A stretch of 64,000 nucleotides of DNA from the NCBI RefSeq assembly GCF_016432865.1, contig NC_067398.1, positions 324,136,001-324,200,000 on the forward strand. Reading direction: 5' to 3'. The position numbers and the translations under genes are program-made. Below the pieces are notes generated by a model. It was not told the DNA's origin, made no database searches, and saw nothing but the letters and a program-made list of their open reading frames with translations. Origin of the DNA: Antechinus flavipes (lineage: Eukaryota). Numbering within the stretch: the stretch's first letter is position 1; every line of letters begins with the position of its first letter. Of this stretch, positions 1 through 13,405 are shown piece after piece.

Positions 1-78
1 GGCTTTTATTAGGTTGCCATATTTGGTTATTGTCAATTTATCTTTTAACATTAATTTTGTTTTTCATTTGTGATCTCA

Positions 79-235
79 GGCACTTATTGGTTTATAATCT
101 GGACAAGTCACTTAATCTCCATCTTCCTCAATTTCTTCATCTATAAAATGAAAATAATAGCATCTAGCTCACATATTCATTATAAAGATGAAATAAAATA
201 AGTTTTGCAAACTTTATGATATAAATGCTAGATAC
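79..235 (+). mobile_element. MIR; many more copies, e.g. 8840-9020, 19690-19870, 20370-20510, 40390-40620, 53150-53400, 63540-63740 (+) and 25440-25710, 26580-26810 (-)
   Basis: Core gacaagtcacttaatctc...ctcaatttcttcatctataaaatg. Confidence 0.7.
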
Positions 236-1289
236 TATTATTATTAGTGCTGTAAAAATTATTCTTGAGAATTTATTTCATTTTACTATTGGGACCAATA
301 AGTTTGAAATAACAAAAAAAAAAAAAAAAAAGCTTGGTTCAAGATTATATCCCAATGCAGTATTTAAAATTTTTCTTTATGTTGTCAACATTATTTTATC
401 TTATTGTTATTTAATAAAACCATTTAAAAGGAGATTACATGACAGTTACTATTTGAATAGTTTTAGTTTTCTTAATAGATTAAAAAGAAGCATTCCCTTG
501 TCCTCTATCCACTGTAACCATATTATATTATCAAATGTTCATTGTGAAAGTTCTTCACATGAAAAATTTACTTTATATGTATAACCTAAATTTGGATCTG
601 TGTGATCTGGATTGTATTGGACCTAGGGTTAGACTTTTTGACAATGCTGGCAGTTTTCCACTGGAAAACTCATTGCAAGTTGTGTGGAGCCTTCAAGTGC
701 CCTGTTCTGTTATTGGAATCACAGAGAATCTCTGATGACTGTTGTTATAATTTTTGTTTTTATTTGGGTTCTTTGATTTCCTTCATGTAGAGAACTCCTA
801 ATGAAGGAATTCCTTTTATCAATGCAGATTGGAAACTGTTCTGCAACTTTGAATTTTAGTATATCTCTTGAAAAGGTATCCTAAACCTCCTGAGAAGTTA
901 AACGACTTGCTAAGGATCACACAGTCAATGTGGAACAGAAAAAAATTGACTCAAAGTCAGGTTTTTCTGACTCTGAAGACAACTTTTTATTCACCATGCC
1001 ACATCCTCCCTACACTTTGTTAAATATTTACATATTGATCTCTAGAGTTTCAGAAATTTAGAGTGAAAGGAACCACAAAAAAAATCATCAAATTTACCTT
1101 CTCCTTTAAATAGATAAGATTACAATACTAGTTAATGGAAGATCTGAAATTAAAATTCAAGTCTCCTGATTCTTTATTCTAGTCTCTTTCAACACACATG
1201 CAAACACAGGGACAAATCAACCAATTTAGAAGGGATATTAGTGAAACTGGTTAATTGTACATGCATAAGTAGACCCAAATCTATTATCA

Positions 1290-2280
1290 CCATTGGGAAA
1301 AAAAAACTCAATTTAAACAAATGCACTAAGCATCTACTCTGTGCTAAGCAAGGGGAAAAGATACAAAGTTTATCTAAGATATAGTCCCTTCCTACCCTCA
1401 TGGAGCACATTCTGGGAATAATACAAATAGTATGAATACGTTGCAACAAAGTGCTTGGTAAAGTTCAAAAGGAGAAAAAATATTACTTCTATGAGGTGAG
1501 GATATCAAGAGAGCATTAGTGAAGTAACATTTCGAATGGTGAACAGGAATTGAAGAGGGAAAGAAAAAGGAATTCTAAGCATCAAGTGAACAAAAACACA
1601 GATGCAAGAATTTATAGGAGATGGCAAATAATCACAGTATTATTATGGAGAGAGTATAGACATAATAAGAGATAGAACTGAAAAAGTAAGGTGATGTTGG
1701 ATTGTTGCGAGCCTTTGATGTTAGGTTAAGGAGTAGGGTCTTTCTTCAGCAGATAGTAGAAAGACATTAAAGAAAATTCATTGCTGGGATATAATAAGGA
1801 GCAGAAGAAATACACAGCCAATTCAGTGCAAAAGGAAGATTAGAAGTGACAGGAAGGATGGATTGGAAAGTCAAGAGAGTAGACACTATTTATTATGGAT
1901 TGTTGAATTTTAGAGCTTGTGACGGTGCAGAATAAAATGTCACTGACAATAGAAAAAGAAAGTTTGCAATGAGAATGGTAATGGAATCAAAAGTTAAATT
2001 CACTGCCCCACTGTAACATAGAGCGACATGGAGATGAGTGAGTCTCAAAAAGGATATGTCAATTGGAGCATGCTGTGTCAACTCCTAACAAGTTAGGATG
2101 GATTCAAATACAGTCCATTGATGGACCATGAGTAACAGACTAGTTAAATTTGGGTTGTTCATGATCAGAAAAATGTATGAAATCAGTCAAAGATTGTAAC
2201 AAGAAGGCATTAATTCAAAATGTGCATGTGATAGGAGATTGGAGAATGAGAGTAATATATGTAGGCAAATAAATGTAAAT
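1290..2280 (-). mobile_element. L2 fragment(s)
   Basis: Antisense L2 3'-end signature (taagcatctactctgtgctaagc...gatacaaag...ccctcatggagc) and purine-rich L2 body. Confidence 0.6.
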
Positions 2281-5200
2281 TTTTTATAGAGAAGAAAGCA
2301 AAAGAATAACTTTTCAGAGTCATGCCCAGTAAATAGGAGTTTGCTCAAGAAACTGACCTAAAGGAAGGTTTCCTTCTAGGAAGCCACTGTTGCACCCTCT
2401 GCCCATAGTAATTAAACATGGAAAGACTTTATAATGAAAAATCATGCCCTTTGTTGGTATCTGGGAGGCAGGAAACTGAGAATTGGTTGCCTTCTTTCTT
2501 GCATCTGTGAGACTGCTTACACAGAATTAGAATGAATTATCTAAACTAAGTTTTTCTTATGCAGAAATTTTGAGTGGTTCTGCTATGGTATCTTAGAGTG
2601 AAACTATAAAGAAAAATTTAAAACACTTCTTTTTTTTGAAAGGGGAACTTTTTTTTCAGTTAAGGTAATAGTGTTCAGAAAAATCTCCTCCCCTCCCTTT
2701 TACATTTTCCACACCATAGTTTGATTATACAATTCACTTGGGAGGGGGAGCAATTTGGCAGGTTTCAAGTTATAAAATGAAGGAATAAACAGGAATGCAG
2801 CAGTCCAGAAACAAGAGAGAGAGAATCCTCTTTCCTGGCATGTACCATTAGTGTTATTGTAGCATTATTAGGAAAGAAGAATGGGTGTACCCAGGGAAGA
2901 TTGGTACAGATAATGACTCTATAGTGTGTGAAATAATAATGTCATGTTAAATAATACATGCAGGTATCCAAATAAATTACTCTTTTAAAAAAGTGTTATT
3001 CAGGTGCCTAGTGCCATTGGGGAAATTACTTCTATACCCAGACATCTGGAATAATAAAAGTTCTTAATTTTAGGGCTGGGCCATTTGAAGGACATCTTTT
3101 AAAATCATATTGATCTTCTATTGCACCTAGACCTTAGTAGAATTGAAGGTAATTAAAAAAATTATTGAAACAGGACTTACTATGTCATTTGTGCTAAAAA
3201 CTTATAGGTTGTCTTGGGGGTTTTGAATATACTCAAGTTCTGAGTCAGAGTCTTTATTGAAAAGAATAGTCTCTTCTTCATACTCTTTTTATCATTTGTG
3301 ATCAATTAAAAAAAATAGGTACTTTCATGTTTGGAGTGCTTTCTACAGTTCTAGTCTGGTCTCAAGAAAAATAGTCATAACTGGAAAAAAAGAGAGCAGA
3401 AAAAAGGGGCAGAATAGGCTGAAAAAGCAAATATATTCAAGAGATATACATGAATTCAAGTATAATAGCTTTTTTTTTTTTTTTTTTTTGAGCTTTTAAG
3501 GAAATTTAGGGATGTTTGAAGATGCAAGTTGACCTTTGGAGGTAGGCGGGGTCTATGGACAGCAATTTTATAAAAAAAAAATTAAGTCAATGTGTTCTAG
3601 TAGAAAGTTCACTAAATTAAAGCTCAGTAGGCCAGGTTTATTATAATTTAGACCCTATCACCAACTAACTGTGCAACATTGGGCAATAGTTTAGTCTCTC
3701 AGTTTCCTCTTTGTCAAGTAAATGGAACAAATAAGGGTTTTCAAGTTCTCACATTCACTGCACTCTCAGTGGTCATGTCATAAACAGATATTTAGCTTTT
3801 TTCAATGAGATCTGTGTGAATTATTGATTCATACTCTATTAAAGTAATTTTAAATAATTCTTGATATCACAAAAGAAGACCTTCAATAAGTTTTGGAGAC
3901 CATGGAGGGAATTATAGAAACAAATTTTGGTAAGGATGCATCTCATAGCAGGAGATGGTAGATGGACAGGCTGAGATATTTTTATCACTATGGATAAACT
4001 ATACTAGGCTTAGGAATATCCTTTTTATTCTTTTCTAAAAGCTAAAGAAAAAGGCTCCTCTAGAAGAACAAGAAATACAATGACTCCAGCAGAGTAAATG
4101 AAATCATCACTAGAAGGAAGTCAATTTCTGAGTAATTGAAAGAACACTAGTAACCCTAGAGAATAGGACCCCAGATATAGAGCTGGAAGGACTCTCAGAT
4201 ACCACTTAGTCCAGTCTTTTCATTTTACAAATAAGGAATGGCAAAAGTAAAAATTGCATGTAGCTTCTCTGATTCCAGACACTGTGCTTTTTCCATTTTG
4301 TCATACTTCCTCTTTCATGGTCAATGGAATATTCCTCCTTTGTCTTGGCAAATAAGTGGGGAATTTTTAGGGCAGTGTTTTATATGTTGTATATGTTAGT
4401 CATTATGTTGGCTGTATTTGCTTAACTATTTTTTTTGTTGTTGTTAGAAGGGAGGGTTAAGTTCTAGAAAATAGGACAGGCAGGAGTTATTTTCAGAAGT
4501 GATTTAGATGTAGAAACTAAAGTCATCTATAAAACTTACTTTAATAAAGAGAGAGAAAGGATGTTATCTAGCTTGATAAAGACAAAGCTGATTGAGCTAG
4601 GGAAGGAATAATTGAGGTCTAAGTGATTCAGTCCAGGGTGTAGTGGATTGGACTTGGAGTCAGGAAAGCCCAGGCTGGAATTTCATTTCACAGCCTAGCT
4701 GTGTAACCCTTGACAAGTCACAATCTTTCGGTGTCTTAATTTTCTGTTTGTATGAAATAGAGGTTACTCAGTTATCTGATCCCATCTTGCTCTTCATCTA
4801 GGATTCCATAAAGATCCTAGAGCTGGAAGAGACCCCAGAGATCTTTATTTTATAGCTTTATTCTATAAGAGGAAGAAACTAAGTCTCAGGGAGTAGATTT
4901 GATTTGACTGAGATCTCTTAACTAATGAATGGTGGAGTAAGTAGTATTTGAACCCAGATTGCCTAACCCCAAGATCAGTATACTTTTCATTATATCATTA
5001 TCATTATCATCATCATCATTTTGTGTATGTTATGCTATTATCTAGCAGGATGATGAATGAGATTACTTCTTGATTATTATCATTTATTATTATTCTCTTA
5101 ATTTTGAAGCTATTTACTCCCATATCTTCTTTGAATTCTCCCAGGATATTGTCATAGCATATATTAGTCAAAACTGCTAGTGAAACTTGGTAATCAATGA

Positions 5201-6773
5201 TAAATTGAAAGCTAATATGAGAATATTAATGTTATATTAATAGAGAATATAATATAAAATATTAATATATACTATAATATCATTCAAGTGTAATAGTATA
5301 AAAAGCTTAAGTTGTGAATTTACCATTTCTGGCAAATGCTTACACAGAGTTAATGAGTAACTTATAGAACAAAATAGTCCAGCTTTTCTTTATCATTTAT
5401 TACCATTAATTTTTTTAAAATGGGCTGGCTGAATTAGGAAGCTAGATCTTTTCCTCAGGGGCAGCCACTTGTGTCTCTCCTAGTTTATATGACTTCTCAC
5501 TCCTCTGAACCCCCTTTAATTTGCATCAGTCTTTCTCTGTGGATCAAAGCTTTGTTCAGGGAATCAGGTACTTATGAGAAGGGTCTAAGAGTCAATGGTT
5601 ACAAAATCATGAGAGAAGATGGGACTGAAATCAGGAGGCATCAATAGCTCTCATGACTTAAGAAAATAGGATAGGTGCTGGGCTTCTCCTCTCACTTTTC
5701 TGTTACTCTGCTATTACTACTATGGCTTCTCTCTCCACTTCCCTTCCCATGCCATTGGTTTCGCCAACATTAAACCACTTTAGCAGGATGATATAACAGT
5801 TAGGTATTTTCTGGTAAGTGAATGACAATGACCATCAGTTGCCTTTCCAATCTTTCCTTCACTTGCCTCCACTTTCCATGTAGGGACCTTTTTGGAGTTG
5901 CATCCCTAACTTCTAGCACAGTGCCTGCCATGTACTTAATAAACACTGAATGACTGATTGGCAATTACAGCAGAATCTTGTACTAGGAAATTTCATCTCT
6001 TCAAACAAAGCAGTATAGTTGCATATAGCATGGAATAATAAAAAAAATTAAAATAGAAAAGGAAGTATTCTGCATATAATAGAGATTTAGAAATGGAAGG
6101 GTCAGGTAGTTCAATCTCCCTCAATTTATAGATGAAGAAACTGAAACTCAGAGAGGAAAAGTGATTGATTTATCAATCACTTTGTAATTGACAAGGCAAA
6201 GATTTGAATTCAGGTTCCTAAACTCTAAATCCATTTCTCTTGCAATTATGTCAAAAAAGACATTTTCTTCTTTATAGTCTTCAAAATACTTCAATATAAT
6301 ATATGGACTGAAATTTCTAAAAAAATTTTTTTATGGGTTTTTTGTTTTTGATCCTCTGTTCTCATTAGGGACATAATCTAAATTTAAGATTCCCAACTAT
6401 GATTTTTTTTTTTTTGAGGGGGCTTGGACAGCTCAGGTTGTTCATCTCCATTTATGCCAATGTGTTTCACAAAGATCAAAGAACAATTCTTTTTAGGGCA
6501 CAGAAATTTATAGAAACAATTATATGCACAATAACTCTTTATGAAGACAGGTTTGGAATACATTAAGAAATTAAATAACTATATCACAGTTCCCATAGAT
6601 GAGATCACTGATCTAAATACAAGATTTGGGACTTTAAATGTGGAAAAGTACTTGGATACAAATGGGTCTCTGTTCCTGGGAACAAAGAACTATACTATGG
6701 CTAAAGCATCTATCTGGGCTCATGGAGGTGCCCAAGTGGCACTCTTATTGATCATTGTTTCTGCTTTTGTGTA

Positions 6774-6774
<1 letters not shown>

Positions 6775-6809
<35 letters not shown>
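6775..6809. repeat. (TG)17 microsatellite
   Basis: Direct reading. Confidence 0.95.
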
Positions 6810-6810
<1 letters not shown>

Positions 6811-7672
6811 CAAAAATGATCTTTACTGATAAGTTACCTTTAAAAAAGTTATTTGAATATTTTGACTTTGAATCAATAAAAAATAAGATTTAGGAAGAAG
6901 TCTCATTTTAGAAGAAAGAAAATTAAATAATTTTAAAAATCATTAAAAAATATTCCAGTATATTGGAAAATGCACCAGATTTAGAGTTTTGAATGCTAGG
7001 TATCCACTTCTACTTGTGTCAGTTTATCCTGAGTCTCAGTTTTCTTATGTGTAAAGTGAGGGGGGCTGAACTTTAAGTTCTTATGTGTATTTCAAAATAT
7101 TGTTGTGAGGCACAAAAAAGACAATGTATATAGGAGAAAGATCGATTAATGATATTTTATGTTCCTCCTCCTCCCTCCTTTCCCAAGTTCCTAGCATATT
7201 ATGATCTCAATCAAAATCTAGACCCAATCTGCCTTTCTATGTTTACTCCCTTATGTATAATCTATGGTCCTGCCAAACTGTTCTTTTTATTATTCCTTAT
7301 CCATGTTATGTATCACACAGTTCTACTTGTTCTGGAATGATCTATCTGTTGCATGTAATGTAATAGGGATGCTGGTTCTGGAATGATTTAGGATGGTAAA
7401 TGGATTCAAGGAGAACTGGCCAGTGTGGTTCCCAGGTTCTAACTATGATCTCATATGGAAGACATTTCCAGTGTTCCACTTTGGTTAGGTGGCTCATTTC
7501 AGAGTATGGGAATATACTTGTTAGTAATTTATGTTCTACTTGAGTTCTGGTTGTTTAGTGTCCCCCACAAGTAAATATGACGATTATGTCCTAGAAGCAT
7601 ATCACCAAGGTCCTATTATTCTTCCTAGAGTCTGTGGCCTGTCATCTGGTTGTTCCAAGAATAAAAGACATT

Positions 7673-7684
7673 ATATGTGTGTGT

Positions 7685-7738
<54 letters not shown>

Positions 7739-7844
7739 GTGTGCATATATGCAAAACATATATGTACATATTTATAGGTGAATATGCATTCACCTATGCA
7801 TATGCATAGTTGTGTGTTTGTGCACATATGTATGTGTGTGTGTG

Positions 7845-7876
<32 letters not shown>
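7673..7876. repeat. Compound (TG)/(TA)n/(TG)-(CA)n microsatellite
   Basis: Direct reading; (TA) run about 7688-7736, (CA) run about 7849-7876. Confidence 0.95.
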
Positions 7877-7878
<2 letters not shown>

Positions 7879-9989
7879 AATACATACTTTTTTGTGTGTT
7901 AGGTTAAATGATTTGCCAATAAGTGGTAAATGTCTGAGATTGAATTTGGACCTCCTGACTTCAGGGCTGGTACTCTATCTGCTGTGCCTAGAAGACCCCA
8001 AAAATAATATTTGTAAAGTATTTTGTAAACCTTAGAGAGCTATAAAAATACTAGCTACTATTATTTCTTCAAACTCAGATTAGTAAAGTAAATGTTCACT
8101 GTATATAGTCCTCTTTCCTTGATCAACGAGAATTTAGAGCTCAGCATTTCCTGGGGACATGGAAATTTCTACAATTAATGTCACTCATGAAATAACCTCC
8201 AGAAAGCCCTTTCAAAATAAATAAATAAATATAAATATATACATATATATTTCCTTACAGAGGTAGCACATTGAACCATTAGCATCTATTAGCATAAGAT
8301 CCTGGAATAGTGTATTCAATTTGCTAACAAAGAAGAGGGCTGGGAAGGTCAATATTAATGAAAGGAAAGCTCTAGAATGCAGTGTGGACTTGGGTGGGGC
8401 AGTGAAAGGGAGAGCCCCATTAGACAATGGAGAGCATTAAAGCCTAGGGAGAAAAGCTTATCACAAGATAGCAATGTGAAGTATTATGGGCCATGTCAAA
8501 GACAGTATGACTCAACTTAGCAAAGTCCTGGTCTGTGTGATAAACTATTTTTCATAGCTTTCTAAAGACAGGTGAAGGAGTAACAATGTCCTTTCATTCA
8601 GGGAAAAACTGGTGTTCAGGAATGAGGGGAATTTGCCATTTTTGTTTTGCATACCCAATTCTTGTCTAATGTCATTCCTTCTCTCTCTGTAAAAAAGCAA
8701 TTTTTAAACTTCTCCCATTTTCATGTAATTAAATACTTTGACTATTTTAAGTATGTTTGTTGGGAAAAGTTGAACATGGAGTTTTTTCTGATAATTCTTG
8801 AGTATGAGCTAGCTTCTGAATGAACCCAGTAACATGGTACAGTGAAATGAGCACTGGTTTTAGCTAGAATCAAAAAACTTGGGTTCAAATTCTGCTTTTG
8901 GTAATAATTACCTGCATGACCTTGGACAAATCCCTTAAATTTCCAGGGCTTCAGTTTCTTCATCTATAAAATAAGGGATTGGATTAGATGACCTCTCAGG
9001 TCCTTTCCAGATCTGCATCTTTAAAGTTCACAGCCTTCCTCTATTTCACTGCAGGACTCACCTACACCCACTCCCACACATATCTTCTGTTACCTTATCA
9101 CTATATCTATACATTTTATAATATGCTGGAGACACCATAGTCTCATGCAGGGATTAGTATGATGTGGAATAGTCTCAACCAAAATGTTAATTAGCAATAT
9201 TACAAGACAATAAGATGGATTGTGAGGCTCCTTTCCCTTCCACCCCCTTATGACATGAACTTCTGGGTTGTATTAGTTGTGAGAGATGGGAGAAAAAGAT
9301 GAAATTGGATTCAAGGAAGAAAGGTCCATTTGTAAAAGTTTATTGTGAGAAGTAAAAATATTTGTATTTGGTAGTTAGGGAAAAAATTAATATAGGCAGG
9401 TGGTTAGTTAACACAGGTACTGGAGATTAAGCAACCACAGCAAAAACAATAGCCCTGCAAAAAGTTCAGGATGCTGAAAATTAATCCTGTTAGTCTTACT
9501 ATTTTCCATCTCATAGAGCTTTGGGAGCAGAAATGAGGTAATGGCTATTAAGACCTTTATATTTCTTGGAAGAAAGCCATTCTATAGTAATATGATTTCC
9601 TAATGCATTTGCTTGTGCTGCAACTGAGTATAATTCCATTTACCTAAAATTCCATTAGGTTCTTCCAGAACACTTGACTATGTAGTATACCTGGGAAAAG
9701 AAAACATTGAAAAGGAAACTTTGCCTCGACGCCAGAGGTTAGAACACTATAGATGATGCAACCAGCTACGGCAGTTACTGGGGGTTAGGGTCAAGGTTTC
9801 CAGAAAGAAAGGAGGTTAAAGGTACATTTTACAAGGAATAAAAATAGTGGGTGAATGGGCTGGTCACAAAAGAAAACAGTAAATTTTTTTAAAAAAATTA
9901 AGATTATGAAAAATAGGAAGAACAAGTAATCTAATTTTTAAAAAAAGACAGTGTAGCATACAAAGTTTAGATTAGTATTCTATTAATTT

Positions 9990-10450
9990 GAAACTTATTG
10001 TTAGAGAGCAACAAATCTGTACAAAAGGAAATAGTGGTCACAAATCACCTGGATGTGTATACAAAGTAACAGCAATCATATATGATTATCAGGTGTGAAT
10101 AACTTTGCTATTTTCAGTAATACAATGATCCAAGACAACTCTGAAGGACTTAAGAAAAATGCTGTCCACACCCAGAGAAAGAATTGATTGTGTCTGAATA
10201 TACATTGAAGTATAATTTTTTTTAAAAAACTTTTTTTGAAGTTTTTTTTTGGGGAGATGACATATATGTTTTCTTTCATCATATGACTTTATGTATATTT
10301 TCCATAACTTCACACGTGCCTTCTCAATGAGGGAAGTTGAGGTGGGGAAGAAGGAAGGGAGGGAATTTAGAACTCAAAGTTTTAAAAATAAATGTTAAAA
10401 TTGTTTTACATATAAATGGAGAAAAATAAAATAGTAAATAAAACAAACAA
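9990..10450 (+). mobile_element. L1 3' UTR fragment
   Basis: gatccaagacaactctgaaggacttaagaaaaatgctgtccacacccagagaaagaattg... ending in an A-rich tail. Confidence 0.75.
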
Positions 10451-10509
10451 CAACAACAATTTGCCAATATGCCTTTGAATAAGTCATACCTGCCTAATCT
10501 CATTTCCTT

Positions 10510-10800
10510 TTCTGACAGGGTTATTAGACTAGATTAGGAGAATGGTGCATATAAAGTTTACCTAGATTTTCAGCAAACCATTTGATAAAGTATTATTTTA
10601 TTCTTTCAACAAGATGGATAGATATGACTTATAAAACAGTATTTAGATGGTTTTATAACTGATTAAGTGACAAGACCAAAAGAATCATCACTAATGATTG
10701 AATATTAGCTTGGAATGAAATCTCCAATGAAATACACCCAGAGTTTGTGATTGTCCCTGTACTGTTTAAAACATGTATTAATGACTAGACCAGTGGTATA
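10510..10800 (+). mobile_element. L3/CR1 reverse-transcriptase fragment
   Basis: gtttacctagattttcagcaaaccatttgataaagta reads VYLDF(S)KPFDKV with a 1-bp insertion, matching the CR1 RT motif YLDFSKAFDKV. Confidence 0.75.
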
Positions 10801-12649
10801 AATGAATGCTTGAAATAGCATTTTGAAATACTTAGTATGTGCCAGGAACTGTGCTAAGCCTTAAGGAAAATTGAGAGAGCCTCTGCTCCCAAGGAGCTCA
10901 TTTTCTCATGGTGGGGAGGGAGGAGGACAAGGGGAGAAAAGAATACATAAAGGAGTTGCAGGGTATTTAGAAGGTCCTACTGACCCTACAAGTGCAGCCA
11001 CAAATAAGATGTCAAGGCCCAAGTAGACTTAGAGTGCATTGGCAAGCCAGTGGCAATGCCTGCCTCTCCAAAGGCAAAGTGACAGAGCAGATGATGAGAA
11101 CCAAAGGGAGAGAGGGTATAAGTGACCCTATAGGGAAGCTGGTAAAGTCCAATGGGGCTTTATATAGGAAGATTATAATCAGTGACTCTCTGCTTATCCA
11201 TGTGGTATAAGTAGCCATGTCCATTTGGTGGTGAGGAAATATGCTAGAGAATTCCTTAAAAACCTTCTATTCATTAGAAGGTTTATTCATTCCAGGTCAG
11301 AAAGATGACAGAAGTGGGTCAGCAGATTGGAGTCTGTAGGGAAGTTTTTTGGAACAGTAGAAAGAAAGCTGAATGTTCATGGAGTGAAAGGGTCTGGGTT
11401 TAAATTGGTATTTACTACCTATGTGACCTTGGCAAATATCTCAATTTCCTTGGGTCTTCATTTTCTTATCTATAAAACTAAGAGTTGTAATAGATACCAT
11501 TTATGGTCCTTTGTAGTTCTGTATCTCTGACTCTATCCAGTTAGATACATGTGAGAATCACCAGAAAAAAGACACAACTTGCATGAATCAAGAGTTACTG
11601 AATACCTTATTGAAGTACTGGAGAAGGCCTTGATGAGTCTTAGAAAATTAATGTGAAATATCAAAATCTTCAGTTTTTAAGGTAGAAAATGCAATACACT
11701 TTATCTAGTTGCATGTATGTCCATACCAATTTAAGAAGCATATAAATAAGTAAATGAAAAAGAATTTATTAGGTACTTACTATGTGCCAAATAAATGCTG
11801 GGGAAAGGGCTAAGGATATCAATACAAAAGCAAAGTCAGCTTGTCAGCCAAAAGTGTTTATGTTTTAATAAGAAAGACATATATACAGACAGTATTAGTA
11901 GTAGCTAGAATGGGATGAATAGTGAAGGGTGAATGGAGCATCACACTTTTCCCCAGGAACAATGACAGAGTTTATTTGATTATAATTCTAGAACTGAAAG
12001 TAGGGTGGGAGGAGAAGGGTATGCACAATGGGACATGGCAATTGTGGAGATGACTGAGGAGTTAAGTGAAATATGACTTAAGCTGAACTTAATTTGTAAA
12101 GGGCTGGCAGCAAGGCCCCAGGATGGGAATTATGAGGACGAATGAGGTTAAATCCTCAAGTATTTGATTTCTGGTTCATGTATTATGATGGCTGGTAAGG
12201 ATTTGGCTAGAAAATCAAACATATGCAAACTGTCATTTGAATGCATTTTTAAATTGGAACAACTCAATTCACTAGAAGTTCAAGTCAGCTACCATTTCAG
12301 TGATATTTTTCTGGTAAAAATGGTAATTGGGTCATGTTTCATTTATTTGACAGCAAATTGTGGTAAACCTCACTTGAGACCTGTGCTGTTCTCATCATCT
12401 TTTAGAATCTGAAGACTGCAGTTTTCTCAATAATATTAATATTTTGTGTAGATTTTCTTTTTCATGCTTTCCATTGTACAACTAAGGGATTAATTTGTTT
12501 CCAAATAATTTCTAAAAGACTTATCAACAGCAGTAAAGCTTTTTCTTAGGGAGGGGGAAGGGAGTAGGAACTGGGGGAAAGGCTGAGATACTATTCTTTT
12601 ATGTTGACAAGTAAAAATGACTATCTTCTTTAATTTGGATTTGTTTCAG

Positions 12650-12754
12650 AATCGGAGTAAACGCTTGGAAAAAGTTCATGTGGTTATTGGACATAAATCA
12701 TGTGATCTGGATTCACTTATTTCTGCCTTCACCTATGCTTACTTTCTAGACAAG
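12650..12754 (+). CDS. PRUNE2: PRUNE2 coding exon (human exon 2 equivalent), NRSKRLEKVHVVIGHKSCDLDSLISAFTYAYFLDK
   Basis: Acceptor ttgtttcag|AAT at 12649/12650, donor AAG|gtaaaa at 12754/12755. 105 nt, phase 0-0. Translation nearly identical to recalled human PRUNE2 residues 13-47 and includes DHH-family motif I (CDLDS). Confidence 0.97.
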
Positions 12755-13202
12755 GTAAAAAGAAAAAGGCGAATTCTAAATATTACTCCAAAGTCATGTT
12801 TGCTTTAGTTTATTGTCAGCATGTGATTAGCATAATTTCTTTCTAGAAGAGAACAGCTGCTGATTCTACTGCCCCATGAAGCAAAGCATAAATATATCAT
12901 ATAGTTGATTCAGAAATACAGGAATGTGTTTTGAGATTGAGTGCACTTATTTCCTCAGCACTCAGCCTTTAGCTTTTGAAAAATTCAGTTGCTTCCTGCG
13001 TGCCCCCATTTATAGTTTTCTAAAGCTGATATAACTTTCTTCTCTTTCTCCTTGTCTCCCTCATCCCTCCTCTTCCTCTCTCCCCTCTCTCTCCTTCTCT
13101 TCTTCTCTCTTTCTCCCTCTCCTTCTCTTCCTTTCACCCTCTCCCTCTCCTTCTCTCATTCTCTCCCTTTGACCCTTTCCCCAAACCCCTTTTTCTCAAC
13201 AG

Positions 13203-13405
13203 GTCAGTCCTCCTGGTGTTCTGTGTTTGCCAGTGCTAAACATACCAAGAACAGAATTCAACTACTTCACTGAAACAAAGTTTATTTTAGAAGAGCTAAA
13301 TATTTCTGAATCATTTCACATCTTCAGAGATGAGATTAATCTACATCATCTAAATGAGGAAGGAAAATTATCATTAACACTTATTAACAACAATGTGCTG
13401 ACCAG
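13203..13405 (+). CDS. PRUNE2: PRUNE2 coding exon (exon 3 equivalent), VSPPGVLCLPVLNIPRTEFNYFTETKFILEELNISESFHIFRDEINLHHLNEEGKLSLTLINNNVLT(S)
   Basis: Long CT tract then ctcaacag|GTC, donor CCAG|gtatgg. 203 nt, phase 0-2. Overlaps ORF 13227..13436. Matches recalled human PRUNE2. Confidence 0.97.

Larger units (their letters stand above)
1..12649 (+). other. PRUNE2: PRUNE2 intron 1 (3' part); first coding exon presumably upstream of the window
   Basis: No MEEFLQRAKSKL-like exon or CpG-island promoter was seen before the exon-2 acceptor; the sequence is repeat-rich. Confidence 0.75.

Noticed and set aside
225-584. 119-aa ORF and the many other 60-100-aa ORFs in the track
   Set aside because: Low-complexity or repeat-derived (poly-K from A runs, CVCV/THTH from microsatellites, SINE/L1 translations); no splice or homology support.
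6599-6809. Possible TDP-43-repressed cryptic exon (cccatag|...ttgt|gtaatg followed by (TG)17)
   Set aside because: Both splice sites are weak (poor pyrimidine tract, T at donor -1); nothing beyond the UG tract supports it.
1-12649. PRUNE2 exon 1 or promoter
   Set aside because: No MEEFLQRAKSKL-like coding segment with a donor and no CpG island found.
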